A stretch of 64,000 nucleotides of DNA from Eledone cirrhosa (lineage: Eukaryota): assembly GCA_964016885.1 (NCBI GenBank), contig OZ024742.1:375906001-375970000 (forward strand), read 5' to 3'. Positions within the stretch are counted from its first letter, which is position 1, and every line of letters begins with the position of its first letter. Under the pieces are notes generated by a model that was not told the DNA's origin, ran no database searches, and was given only the letters and a program-made list of their open reading frames with translations. Both the position numbers and the translations under genes were made by a program. This document shows, in pieces, positions 41,301 to 56,200 of the stretch.

Positions 41301-43049
41301 AGCTCTGGTTATATAAAACTAGATGAGGAACAACTGGTATTGACACTAGTACCAACCTAGTAAACACAAGCTCTGGTTATATAAAACTAGATAGACAACT
41401 GGTATTGACACTAGTACCAACCTAGTAAACACCAGCTCTGGTTATATAAAACTAGATGGAGAACAACTGGTATTGATACTAGTACCAACCTAGTAAACAG
41501 CAGCTCTGGTTATATAAAACTAGATGGAGAACAACTGGTATTGACACTAGTACCAACCTGGTAAACACCAGCTCTGGTTATATAAAATTAGATGGAGAAC
41601 AATTGATATTGACACTAGTACCAACATAGTAAACACCAGCTCTGGTTATATAAAACTAGATAGAGAACAACTGGTATTGAGACTAGTACCAACCTAGTAA
41701 ACACCAGCTCTGGTGATATAAAACTAGATAGACAACAACTGGTATTGACACTAGTACCAACCTAGTAAACACCAGTTCTGGTTATATAAAACTAGATAGA
41801 GAACAACTGGTATTGAGACTAGTACCAACCTAGTAAACACCAGCCCTGGTAATATAAAACTAGATAGAGAACAACTGGTATTGAAACTAGTACCAATCTA
41901 GTAAACACAAGCTCTGGTAATATAAAACTAGATAGAGAACAACTGGTATTGAGACTAGTACCAACCTAGTAAACACCAGCTCTGGTTATATAAAACTAGA
42001 TAGAGAATAACTGGTATTGACACTAGTACCAACCTAGTAAACACTAAGCTCTGGTTATATAAAACTAGATGAGGAACAACTGGTATTGACACTAGTACCA
42101 ACCTAGTAAACACCAGCTCTGATTATATAAAACTAGATAGAGAACAACTGGTATTGACACTAGTACCAACCTGGTAAACACCAGCTCTGGTTATATAAGA
42201 TTAGATGGAGAACAATTGGTATTGAAACTAGTACCAACCTAGTAAACACCAGCTCTGTTTATATAAAATTAGATAGAGAACAACTGGTATTGACACTAGT
42301 ACCAACCTAGTAAACACCAGCTCTGGTCATATAAAACTAGATAGAGAACAACTGGTATTGACACTAATACCAACCTGGTACACACCAGCTCTGGTTATAT
42401 AAAACTAGATAGAGAACAACTGGTATTGACACTAGTACCAACCTAGTAAACACCAGCTCTGGTTATATAAAACTAGATAGAGAACAACTGGTATTGACAC
42501 TAGTACCAACCTAGTAAACACTAGCTCTGGTTATATAAAACTAGATAGAGAACAACAGGTATTGACACTAGTACCAACCTAGTAAACACCAGCTCTGGTT
42601 ATATAAAACTAGGGAGAGACTGGTATAGACACTAGTACCAACCTAGTAAACACCAGCTCTGGTTATATAAAGCTAGATAGAGAACAATGGTATTGACACT
42701 AGTACCAACCTAGTAAACACCAGCTCTGGTTATATACAACTAGATAGAGAACAACTGGTATTGACACTAGTACCAACCTAGTAAACACCAGCTCTGGTTA
42801 TATAAAACTAGATAGACAACTGTTATTGACACTAGTACCAACCTAGTAAACACCAGTTCTGGTTATATAAAACTAGATAGACAACTGGTATTGACACTAG
42901 TACCAACCTAGTAAACACCAGCCCTGGTAATATAAAACTAGATAGAGAACAACTGGTATTGACACTAGTACCAACCTAGTAAACACCAGCTCTGGTTATA
43001 TAAATCTAGGGAGAGAACTGATATACACACTAGTATCAACCTAGTAAAC

Positions 43050-45700
43050 ACCAGCTCTGGTTATATAAAACTAGATAGAGAACAACTGGTATTGACACTA
43101 GTACCAACCTAGTAAACACCAGCTCTGGTTATATAAAACTAGATAGAGAACAACTGGTATTGACACTAGTACCAACCTAGTAAACACCAGCTCTGGTTAT
43201 ATAAAACTAGATGGAGAACAACTGGTATTGACACTAGTACCAACCTAGTAAACACCAGCTCTGGTTATACAAAACTAGATAGAGAACAACTGGTATTGAC
43301 ACTAGTACCAACCTGGTAAACACCAGCTCTTGTTATATGAAATTAGATGGAGAACAATTGGTATTGACACTAGTACCAACATAGTAAACACCAGCTCTGG
43401 TTATATAAAAGTAGATAGAGAACAACTGGTATTGAGACCAGTACCAACCTAGTAAACACCAGCTCTGGTTATATAAAACTAGATAGAGAACAACTGGTAT
43501 TGACACTAGTACCAACCTAGTAAACACCAGCTCTGGTTATATAAAACTAGATAGAGAACTGGTATTGAGACTAGTACCAACCTAGTAAACAACATCCCTG
43601 GTAATATAAAACTAGATAGAGAACAACTGGTATTGAAACTAGTACCAATGTAGTAAACACCAGCTCTGGTTATATAAAACTAGATAGAGAACAACTGGTA
43701 TTGACACTAGTACCAACCTAGTAAACACCAGCTCTGGTTATATAAAACTAGATAGACAACTGGTATTGACACTAGTACCAACCTAGTAAACACTAGCTCT
43801 GGTTATATATAACTAGATAGAGAACAACTGGTATTGACACCAGTACCAACCTAGTAAACACTAGCTCTGGTTATATAAAACTAGATGGAGAACAACTGGT
43901 ATTGACACTAGTACCAATCTAGTAAACACCAGCTCTGGTTATATAAAACTAGATAGAGAACAACTGGTATTGACACTAGTACCAACCTAGTAAACACCAG
44001 CTCTGGTTATATAAAACTAGATAGAGAACAAGTGGTATTGACACTAATACCAACCTAGTAAACACTAGCTCTGGTTATATAAAACTAGATGAGGAACAAC
44101 TGGTATTGACACTAGTACCACCCTAGTAAACACCAGCTCTGGTTATATAAAACTAGATGGAGAACAACTGGTATTGACACTAGTACCAATCTAGTAAACA
44201 CCAGCTCTGGTTATATAAAACTAGATAGAGAACAACTGGTATTGACACTAGTACCAACCTAGTAAACACCAGCTCTGGTTATATAAAACTAGATAGAGAA
44301 CAAGTGGTATTGACACTAATACCAACCTAGTAAACACAAGCTCTGGTTATATAAAACTAGATAGAGAACAACTGGTATTGACACTAGTACCAATCTAGTA
44401 AACACCAGCTCTGGTTATATAAAACTAGATAGAGAACAACAGGTATTGACACTAGTACCAACCTAGTAAACACCAGCTCTGGTTATATAAAACTAGGGAG
44501 AGACTGGTATAGACACTAGTACCAACCTAGTAAACACCAGCTCTGGTTATATAAAGCTAGATAGAGAACAATGGTATTGACACTAGTACCAACCTAGTAA
44601 ACACCAGCTCTGGTTATATACAACTAGATAGAGAACAACTGGTATTGACACTAGTACCAACCTAGTAAACACCAGCTCTGGTTATATAAAACTAGATAGA
44701 GAACAACTGGTATTGACACTAGTACCAACCTAGTAAACACCAGCTCTGGTTATATAAAACTAGATGGAGAACAACTGGTATTGACACTAGTACCAACCTA
44801 GTAAACACCAGCTCTGGTTATACAAAACTAGATAGAGAACAACTGGTATTGACACTAGTACCAACCTGGTAAACACCAGCTCTTGTTATATGAAATTAGA
44901 TGGAGAACAATTGGTATTGACACTAGTACCAACATAGTAAACACCAGCTCTGGTTATATAAAAGTAGATAGAGAACAACTGGTATTGAGACCAGTACCAA
45001 CCTAGTAAACACCAGCTCTGGTTATATAAAACTAGATAGAGAACAACTGGTATTGACACTAGTACCAACCTAGTAAACACCAGCTCTGGTTATATAAAAC
45101 TAGATAGAGAACTGGTATTGAGACTAGTACCAACCTAGTAAACAACATCCCTGGTAATATAAAACTAGATAGAGAACAACTGGTATTGAAACTAGTACCA
45201 ATCTAGTAAACACAAGCTCTGGTAATGTAAAACTAGATAGAGAACAACTGGTATTGAGACTAGTACCAACCTAGTAAACACCAGCTCTGGTTATATAAAA
45301 CTAGATAGACAACTGGTATTGACACTAGTACCAACCTAGTAAACACTAGCTCTGGTTATATATAACTAGATAGAGAACAACTGGTATTGACACCAGTACC
45401 AACCTAGTAAACACTAGCTCTGGTTATATAAAACTAGATGGAGAACAACTGGTATTGACACTAGTACCAATCTAGTAAACACCAGCTCTGGTTATATAAA
45501 ACTAGATAGAGAACAACTGGTATTGACACTAGTACCAACCTAGTAAACACCAGCTCTGGTTATATAAAACTAGATAGAGAACAAGTGGTATTGACACTAA
45601 TACCAACCTAGTAAACACTAGCTCTGGTTATATAAAACTAGATGAGGAACAACTGGTATTGACACTAGTACCACCCTAGTAAACACCAGCTCTGGTTATA
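43050..45700 (+). repeat. Block duplication, offset 1553 bp
   Basis: GTAGATAGAG 43411/44964, AGTGGTATTG 44031/45584, CCCTAG 44121/45674. The identical spurious ORFs at 43333 and 44886 have the same offset. Confidence 0.85.
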
Positions 45701-47599
45701 TAAAATTAGATGGAGAACAATTGGTATTGACACTAGTACCAACCTAGTAAACACCAGCTCTGGTTATATAAAACTAAATAGAGTACATCTGGTATTGACA
45801 CTAGTACCAACCTAGTATACACCAGCTCTGGTTATATAAAACTAGATAGAGAACAACTGGTATTGACACTAGTACCAACCTAGTAAACACCAGCTCTGGT
45901 TATATAAAACTAGATAGACAACTGGTATTGACACTAGTACCAACCTAGTAAACACCAGTTCTGGTTATATAAAACTAGATAGACAACTGGTATTGACACT
46001 AGTACCAACCTAGTAAACACCAGCCCTGGTAATATAAAACTAGATAGAGAACAACTGGTATTGAGACTAGTACCAACCTAGTAAACACCAGCTCTGGTTA
46101 TATAAAACTAGATAGAGAACAACTGGTATTGACACTAGTACCAACCTAGTAAACACCAGCTCTGGTTATATAAAACTAGATGGAGAACAACTGGTATTGA
46201 CACTAGTACCAACCTAGTAAACACCAGCTCTGGTTATATAAAACTAGATAGAGAACAACTGGTATTGACACTAGTACCAACCCAGTAAACACCAGCTCTG
46301 GTTATATAAAACTAGATAGAGAACAACTGGTATTGACACTAGTAACAACCTAGTAAACACCAGCTCTTGTTATATGAAATTAGATGGAGAACAATTGGTA
46401 TTGACACTAGTACCAACATAGTAAACACCAGCTCTGGTTATATAAAACTAGATAGAGAACAACTGGTATTGAGACTAGTACCATCCTAGTAAACACCAGC
46501 TCTGGTTATATAAAACTAGATAGAGAACTGGTATTGACACTAGTACCAACCTAGTACACACCAGCTCTGTTATATAAAACTAGATAGACAACTGGTATTG
46601 ACACTAGTACCAACCTAGTAAACACCAGCTCTTGTTATATAAAATTAGATGGAGAACAATTGGTATTGACACTAGTACCAACCTAGTAAACACCAGTTCT
46701 GGTTATATAAAACTAAATAGAGTACATCTGGTATTGACACTAGTACCAACCTAGTAAACACCAGCTCTGGTTATATAAAACTAGATAGAGAACAACTGGT
46801 ATTGAGACTAGTACCAACCTAGTAAACACCAGCCCTGGTAATATAAAACTAGATAGAGAACAACTGGTATTGAAACTAGTACCAATCTAGTAAACACAAG
46901 CTCTGGTAATATAAAACTAGATAGAGAACAACTGGTATTGAGACTAGTACCAACCTAGTAAACACTAAGCTCTGGTTATATAAAACTAGATGAGGAACAA
47001 CTGGTATTGACACTAGTACCAACCTCGTAAACACCAGCTCTGATTATATAAAACTAGATAGAGAACAACTGGTATTGACACTAGTACCAACCTGGTAAAC
47101 ACCAGCTCTGGTTATATAAAATTAGCTGGAGAACAATTGGTATTGAAACTAGTACCAACCTAGTCAACACCAGCTCTGGTTATATAAAATTAGATAGAGA
47201 ACAACTGGTATTGACACTAGTACCAACCTAGTAAACACCAGCTCTGGTCATATAAAACTAGATAGAGAACAACTGATATTGACACTAATACCAACCTGGT
47301 ACACACCAGCTCTGGTTATATAAAACTAGATAGAGAACAACTGGTATTGACACTAGTACCAACCTGGTAAACACCAGCTCTTGTTATATGAAATTAGATG
47401 GAGAACAATTGGTATTGACACTAGTACCAACATAGTAAACACCAGCTCTGGTTATATAAAACTAGATAGAGAACAACTGGTATTGAGACTAGTACCAACC
47501 TAGTAAACACCAGCTCTGGTTATATAAAACTAGATAGAGAACAACTGGTATTGACACTAGTACCAACCTAGTAAACACCAGCTCTGGTTATATAAAACT

Positions 47600-50500
47600 A
47601 GATAGACAACGGGTATTGACACTAGTACCAACCTAGTAAACACCAGCCCTGGTAATATAAAACTAAATAGAGAACAACTGGTATTGACACTAGTACCAAC
47701 CTAGTAAACACCAGCTCTGGTTATATAAAACTAAATAGAGAACAACTGGTATTGACACTAGTACCAACCTAGTAAACACCAGCTCTGGTTATATAAAACT
47801 AGATAGAGAACAACTGGTATTGACACTAGTACCAACCTGGTAAACACCAGCTCTTGTTATATGAAATTAGATGGAGAACAATTGGTATTGACACTAGTAC
47901 CAACATAGTAAACACCAGCTCTGGTTATATAAAACTAGATAGAGAACAACTGGTATTGAGACTAGTACCAACCTAGTAAACACCAGCTCTGGTTATATAA
48001 AACTAGATAGAGAACAACTGGTATTGACACTAGTACCAACCTAGTAAACACCAGCTCTGGTTATATAAAACTAGATAGAGAACTGGTATTGAGACTAGTA
48101 CCAACCTATTAAACACCATCCCTGGTAATATAAAACTAGATAGAGAACAAATGGTATTGAAACTAGTACCAATCTAGTAAACACAAGCTCTGGTAATGTA
48201 AAACTAGGTAGAGAACAACTGGTATTGAGACTAATACCAACCTAGTAAACACCAGCTCTGGTTATATAAAACTAGCTGGAGAACAACTGGTATTGACACT
48301 AGTACCAATCTAGTAAACACCAGCTCTGGTTATATAAAACTAGATAGAGAACAACTGGTATTGACACTAGTACCAACCTAGTAAACACCAGCTCTGGTTA
48401 TATAAAACTAGATAGACAACTGGTATTGACACTAGTACCAACCTAGTAAACTAGCTCTGGTTATATAAAACTAGATAGAGAACAACTGGTATTGACACTA
48501 GTACCAACCTAGTAAACACTAGCTCTGGTTATATAAAACTAGATGGAGAACAACTGGTATTGACACTAGTACCAATCTAGTAAACACCAGCTCTGGTTAT
48601 ATAAAACTAGATAGAGAACAACTGGTATTGACACTAGTACCAACCTAGTAAACACCAGCTCTGGTTATATAAAACTAGATAGACAACTGGTATTGACACT
48701 AGTACCAACCTAGTAAACTAGCTCTGGTTATATAAAACTAGATGAGGAACAACTGGTATTGACACTAGTACCAACCTAGTAAACACCAGCCCTGGTAATA
48801 TAAAACTAGATGGAGAACAACAGGTATTGACACTAGTACCAACCTAGTAAACACAAGCTCTGGTTATATAAAACTAGATAGACAACAGGTATTGACACTA
48901 GTACCAACCTAGTAAACATCAGCTCTGGTTATATAAAATTAGATGGAGAACAATTGGTATTGACACTAGTACCAACCTAGTAAACACCAGCTCTGGTTAT
49001 ATAAAACTAAATAGAGTACATCTGGTATTGACACTAGTACCAACCTAGTATACACCAGCTCTGGTTATATAAAACTAGATAGAGAACAACTGCTATTGAC
49101 ACTAGTACCAACCTACTAAACACCAGCTCTTGTTATATAAAACTAGATAGAGAACAACTGGTATTGACACTAATACCAACCTAGTAAACACTAGCTCTGG
49201 TTATATAAAACTAGATGAGGAACAACTGGTATTGACACTAGTACCAACCAAGTAAACACCAGCTCTGGTTATATAAAACTAATTAGAGTACAACTGGTAT
49301 TGACACTAGTACCAACCTAGTAAACACCAGCTCTGGTTATATAAAACTAGACGGAGAACAACTGCTATTGACACTAGTACCAACCTAGTAAACACCAGCT
49401 CTGGTTATATAAAACTAGATAGACAACTGGTATTGAAACTAGTACCAATCTAGTAAACACAAGCTCTGGTAATATAAAACTAGATAGAGAACTGGTATTG
49501 AGACTAGTACCAACCTAGTAAACACCAGCTCTGGTTATATAAAACTAGATAGAGAACAACTGGTATTGACACTAGTACCAACCTAGTAAACACCAGCTCT
49601 GGTTATATAAAACTAGATTAGGAACAACTGGTATTGACACTAGTACCAACCTAGTAAACACCAGCTCTGATTATATAAAACTAGATAGAGAACAACTGGT
49701 ATTGACACTAGTACCAACCTGGTAAACACCAGCTCTGGTTATATAAAATTAGATGGAGAACAATGGGTATTGACACTAGTACCAACCTAGTAAACACCAG
49801 CTCTGGTTATATAAAATTAGATAGAGAACAACTGGTATTGACACTAGTACCAACCTAGTAAACACCAGCTCTGGTCATATAAAACTAGATAGAGAACAAC
49901 TGGTATTGACACTAATACCAACCTGGTACACACCAGCTCTGGTTATATAAAACTAGATAGAGAACAACTGGTATTGACACTAGTACCAACCTAGTAAACA
50001 CCAGCTCTGGTTATATAAAACTAGATAGAGAACAACTGGTATTGACACTAGTACCAACCTAGTAAACACTAGCTCTGGTTATATAAAACTAGATAGAGAA
50101 CAACAGGTATTGACACTAGTACCAACCTAGTAAACACCAGCTCTGGTTATATAAAACTAGGGCCAGAACTGGTATAGACACTAGTACCAACCTAGTAAAC
50201 ACCAGCTCTGGTTATATAAAAGTAGATAGAGAACAATGGTATTGACACTAGTACCAACCTAGTAAACACCAGCTCTGGTTATATACAACTAGATAGAGAA
50301 CAACTGGTATTGACACTAGGACCAACCTAGTAAACACCAGCTCTGGTTATATAAAACTAGATAGAGAACAACTGGTATTGACACTAGTACCAACCTAGTA
50401 AACACCAGCTCTGGTTATATAAAACTAGATAGACAACTGGTATTAACACTAGTACCAACCTAGTAAACACCAGTTCTGGTTATATAAAACTAGATAGACA

Positions 50501-52950
50501 ACTGGTATTGACACTAGTACCAACCTAGTAAACACCAGCCCTGGTAATATAAAACTAGATGGAGAACAACTGGTATTGAAACTAAGTACCAATCTAGTAA
50601 ACACAAGCTCTGGTAATATAAAACTAGATAGAGAACAACTGGTATTGAGACTAGTACCAACCTAGTAAACACCAGCTCTGGTTATATAAAACTAGATAGA
50701 GAACAACTGGTATTGACACTAGTACCAACCTAGTAAACACTAAGCTCTGGTTATATAAAACTAGATGAGGAACAACTGGTATTGACACTATTACCAACCT
50801 AGTAAACACCAGCTCTGATTATATAAAACTAGATAGAGAACAACTGGTATTGACACTAGTACCAACCTGGTAAACACCAGCTCTGGTTATATAAAATTAG
50901 ATGGAGAACAATTGGTATTGAAACTAGTACCAACCTAGTCAACACCAGCTCTGGTTATATAAAATTAGATAGAGAACAACTGGTATTGACACTAATACCA
51001 ACCTGGTACACACCAGCTCTGGTTATATAAAACTAGATAGAGAACAACTGGTATTGACACTAGTACCAACCTAGTAAACACCAGCTCTGGTTATATAAAA
51101 CTAGATAGAGAACAACTGGTATTGGCACTAGTACCAACCTAGTAAACACTAGCTCTGGTTATATAAAACTAGATAGAGAACAACAGGTATTGACACTAGT
51201 ACCAACCTAGTAAACACCAGCTCTGGTTATATAAAACTAGGGAGAGAACTGGTATAGACACTAGTACCAACCTAGTAAACACCAGCTCTGGTTATATAAA
51301 ACTAAATAGAGAACAATGGTATTGACACTAGTACCAACCAAGTAAACACCAGCTCTGGTTATATACAACTAGATAGAGAACAACTGGTATTGACACTAGT
51401 ACCAACCTAGTAAACACCAGCTCTGGTTATATAAAACTAGATAGACAACTGGTATTGACACTAGTACCAACCTAGTAAACACCAGTTCTGGTTATATAAA
51501 ACTAGATAGACAACTGGTATTGACACTAGTACCAACCTAGTAAACACCAGCCCTGGTAATATAAAACTAAATAGAGAACAACTGGTATTGACACTAGTAC
51601 CAACCTAGTAAACACCAGCTCTGGTTATATAAAACTAGATAGAGAACAACTGGTATTGACACTGCTACCAACCTGGTAAACACCAGCTCTTGTTATATGA
51701 AATTAGATGGAGAACAATTGGTATTGACACTAGTACCAACATAGTAAACACCAGCTCTGGTTATATAAAACTAGATAGAGAACAACTGGTATTGAGACTA
51801 GTACAAACCTAGTAAACACCAGCTCTGGTTATATAAAACTAGATAGAGAACAACTGGTATTGACACTAGTACCAACCTAGTAAACACCAGCTCTGGTTAT
51901 ATAAAACTAGATAGAGAACTGGTATTGAGACTAGTACCAACCTATTAAACACCATCCCTGGTAATATAAAACTAGATAGAGAACAACTGGTATTGAAACT
52001 AGTACCAATCCAGTAAACACAAGCTCTGGTAATGTAAAACTAGGTAGAGAACAACTGGTATTGACACTAGTACCAACCTAGTAAACACCAGCTCTGGTTA
52101 TATAAAACTAGATAGACAACTGGTATTGACACTAGTACCAACCTAGTAAACTAGCTCTGGTTATATAAAACTAGATGGAGAACAACTGGTATTGACACTA
52201 GTACCAACCTAGTAAACACTAGCTCTGGTTATATAAAACTAGATGGAGAACAACTGGTATTGACACTAGTACCAATCTAGTAAACACCAGCTCTGGTTAT
52301 ATAAAACTAGATAGAGAACAACTGGTATTGACACTAATACCAACCTAGTAAACACTAGCTCTGGTTATATAAAACTAGATGAGGAACAACTGGTATTGAC
52401 ACTAGTACCAACCTAGTAAACACCAGCCCTGGTAATATAAAACTAGATGGAGAACAACAGGTATTGACACTAGTACCAACCTAGTAAACACAAGCTCTGG
52501 TTATATAAAACTAGATAGACAACAGGTATTGACACTAGTACCAACCTAGTAAACACCAGCTCTGGTTATATAAAATTAGATGGAGAACAATTGGTATTGA
52601 CACTAGTACCAACCTAGTAAACACCAGCTCTGGTTATATAAAACTAAATAGAGTACATCTGGTATTGACACTAGTACCAACCTAGTATACACCAGCTCTG
52701 GTTATATAAAACTAGATAGAGAACAACTGGTATTGACACTAGTACCAACCTACTAAACACCAGCTCTTGTTATATAAAACTAGATAGAGAACAACTGGTA
52801 TTGACACTAATACCAACCTAGTAAACACTAGCTCTGGTTATATAAAACTAGATGAGGAACAACTGGTATTGACACTAGTACCAACCTAGTAAACACCAGC
52901 TCTGGTTATATAAAACTAATTAGAGTACAACTGGTATTGACACTAGTACC
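47600..52950 (+). repeat. Older, indel-containing duplication (~47.6-49.3 kb matches ~51.5-52.95 kb), offset ~3.6-3.8 kb
   Basis: CCTATTAAAC 48105/51941 and TAGGTAGAG 48205/52041 give offset 3836. The AAACTAGCT deletion and CTACTAAAC variants are also shared, at smaller offsets. Confidence 0.7.
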
Positions 52951-53259
52951 AACCTAGTTAACACCAGCTCTAGTTAAATAAAATTAGATGGAGAACAATA
53001 GGTATTGACACTAGTACCAACCTAGTAAACACAAGCTCTTGTTATATAAACTAGATAGACAACTGGTATTGACACTAGTACCAACCTAGTAAACACCAGC
53101 TCTGGTTATATAAAATTAGATGGAGAACAATTGGTATTGACACTAGTACCAACCTAGTAAACACCAGCTCTGGTTATATAAAACTAAATAGAGTACATCT
53201 GGTATTGACACTAGTACCAACCTAGTATACACCAGCTCTGGTTATATAAAACTAGATAG

Positions 53260-56200
53260 AGAACAACTGGTATTGACACTAGTACCAACCTAGTAAACAC
53301 TAGCTCTGGTTATATAAAACTAGATGAGGAACAACTGGTATTGACACTAATACCAACCTAGTAAACATCAGCTCTGGTTATATAAAACTAATTAGAGTAC
53401 AACTGGTATTGACACTAGTACCAACCTAGTATACACCAGCTCTGGTTATATAAAACTAGACGGAGAACAACTGGTATTGACACTAGTACCAACCTAGTAA
53501 ACACCAGCTCTGGTTATATAAAACTAGATAGACAACTGGTATTGAAACTAGTACCAATCTAGTAAACACAAGCTCTGGTAATATAAAACTAGATAGAGAA
53601 CAACTGGTATTGAGACTAGTACCAACCTAGTAAATACCAGCTCTGGTTATATAAAACTAGATAGAGAACAACTGGTATTGACACTAGTACCAACCTAGTA
53701 AACACCAGCTCTGGTTATATAAAACTAGATTAGGAACAACTGGTATTGACACTAGTACCAACCTAGTAAACACCAGCTCTGATTATATAAAACTAGATAG
53801 AGAACAACTGGTATTGACACTAGTACCAACCTAGTAAACACCAGCTCTGGTTATATAAAACTAGATGGAGAACAACTCGTATTGACACTAGTACCAACCT
53901 AGTAAACACCAGCTCTGGTTATATAAAACTAGATAGAGAACAAGTGGTATTGACACTAGTACCAACCTGGTAAACACCAGCTCTTGTTATATAAAACTAG
54001 ATAGGGAACAACTGGTATTGACACTAGTACCAACCTAGTAAACACTAGCTCTGGTTATATAAAACTAGATAGAGAACAACAGGTATTGACACTAGTACCA
54101 ACCTAGTAAACACCAGCTCTGGTTATATAAAACTAGGGAGAGAACTGGTATAGACACTACTACCAACCTAGTAAACACCAGCTCTGGTTATATAAAAGTA
54201 GATAGAGAACAATGGTATTGACACTAGTACCAACCTAGTAAACACCAGCTCTGGTTATATACAACTAGATAGAGAACAACTGGTATTGACACTAGGACCA
54301 ACCTAGTAAACACCAGCTCTGGTTATATAAAACTAGATAGAGAACAACTGGTATTGACACTAGTACCAACCTAGTAAACACCAGCTCTGGTTATATAAAA
54401 CTAGATAGACAACTGGTATTGACACTAGTACCAACCTAGTAAACACCAGTTCTGGTTCTATAAAACTAGATAGACAACTGGTATTGACACTAGTACCAAC
54501 CTAGTAAACACCAGCCCTGGTAATATAAAACTAGATAGAGAACAACTGGTATTGACACTAGTACCAACCTAGTAAACACCAGCTCTGGTTATATAAAACT
54601 AGGGAGAGAACTGATATACACACTAGTATCAACCTAGTAAACACCAGCTCTGGTTATATAAAACTAGATAGAGAACAACTGGTATTGACACTAGTACCAA
54701 CCTAGTAAACACCAGCTCTGGTTATATAAAACTAGATAGAGAACAACTGGTATTGACACTAGTACCAACCTAGTAAACACCAGCTCTGGTTATATAAAAC
54801 TAGATGGAGAATAACTCGTATTGACACTAGTACCAACCTAGTAAACACCAGCTCTGGTTATATAAAACTAGATAGAGAACAACTGGTATTGACACTAGTA
54901 CCAACCTAGTAAACACCAGCTCTGGTTATATAAAACTAGATAGAGAACAACTGGTATTGACACTAGTACCAACCTGGTAAACACCAGCTCTTGTTATATG
55001 AAATTAGATGGAGAACAATTGGTATTGACACTAGTACCAACATAGTAAACACCAGCTCTGGTTATATAAAACTAGATAGAGAACAACTGGTATTGAGACT
55101 AGTACCAACCTAGTAAACACCAGCTCTGGTTATATAAAACTAGATAGAGAACTGGTATTGACACTAGTACCAATCTAGTAAACACAAGCTCTGGTAATGT
55201 AAAATTAGATAGAGAACAACTGGTATTGAGACTAGTACCAACCTAGTAAACACTAGCTCTGGTTATATAAAACTAGATGAGGAACAACTGGTATTGACAC
55301 TAGTACTAATCTAGTAAACACCAGCCCTGGTAATATAAAACTAGATGGAGAACAACAGGTATTGACACTAGTACCAACCTAGTAAACACCAGCTCTGGTT
55401 ATATAAAACTAGATAGACAACTGGTATTGACACTAGTACCAACCTAGTAAACACAAGCTCTGGTTATATAAAACTAGATAGACAACTGGTATTGACACTA
55501 GTATCAACCTAGTAAACACCAGCTCTGGTTATATAAAACTAAATAGAGTACATCTGGTATTGACACTAGTACCAACCTAGTATACACCAGCTCTGGTTAT
55601 ATAAAACTAGATAGAGAACAACTGGTATTGACACTAGTACCAACCTAGTAAACACCAGCTCTTGTTATATAAAACTGGATAGAGAACAACTGGTATTGAC
55701 ACTAATACCAACCTAGTAAACACTAGCTCTGGTTATATAAAACTAGATGACGAACAACTGGTATTGACACTAGTACCAACCTAATAAACACCAGCTATGG
55801 TTATATAAAAATAATTAGAGTACAACTGGATTTGACATTAGTACCAACCTAGTATACACCAGCTCTAGTTATATAAAACTAGACAGAGAACAACTGGTAT
55901 TGACACTAGTACCAACCTAGTAAACACCAGCTCTGGTTATATACAACTAGATAGAGAACTGGTATTGACACTAGTACCAACCTAGTAAACACCAGCTCTG
56001 GTTATATAAAACTAGATAGAGAACTGGTATTGAGACTAGTACCAACCTAGTAAACACCATCCCTGGTAATATAAAACTACATAGAGAACAACTGGTATTG
56101 AAACTAGTACCAATCTAGTAAACACAAGCTCTGGTAATGTAAAACTAGATAGAGAACAACTGGTATTGAGACTAGTACCAACCTAGTAAACAACAGCTCT

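Noticed and set aside
43333-45080. Two identical 64-aa minus-strand ORFs
   Set aside because: Chance loss of stop codons through two SNPs in the 68-mer, copied by the 1553-bp duplication. They have no protein-like features.
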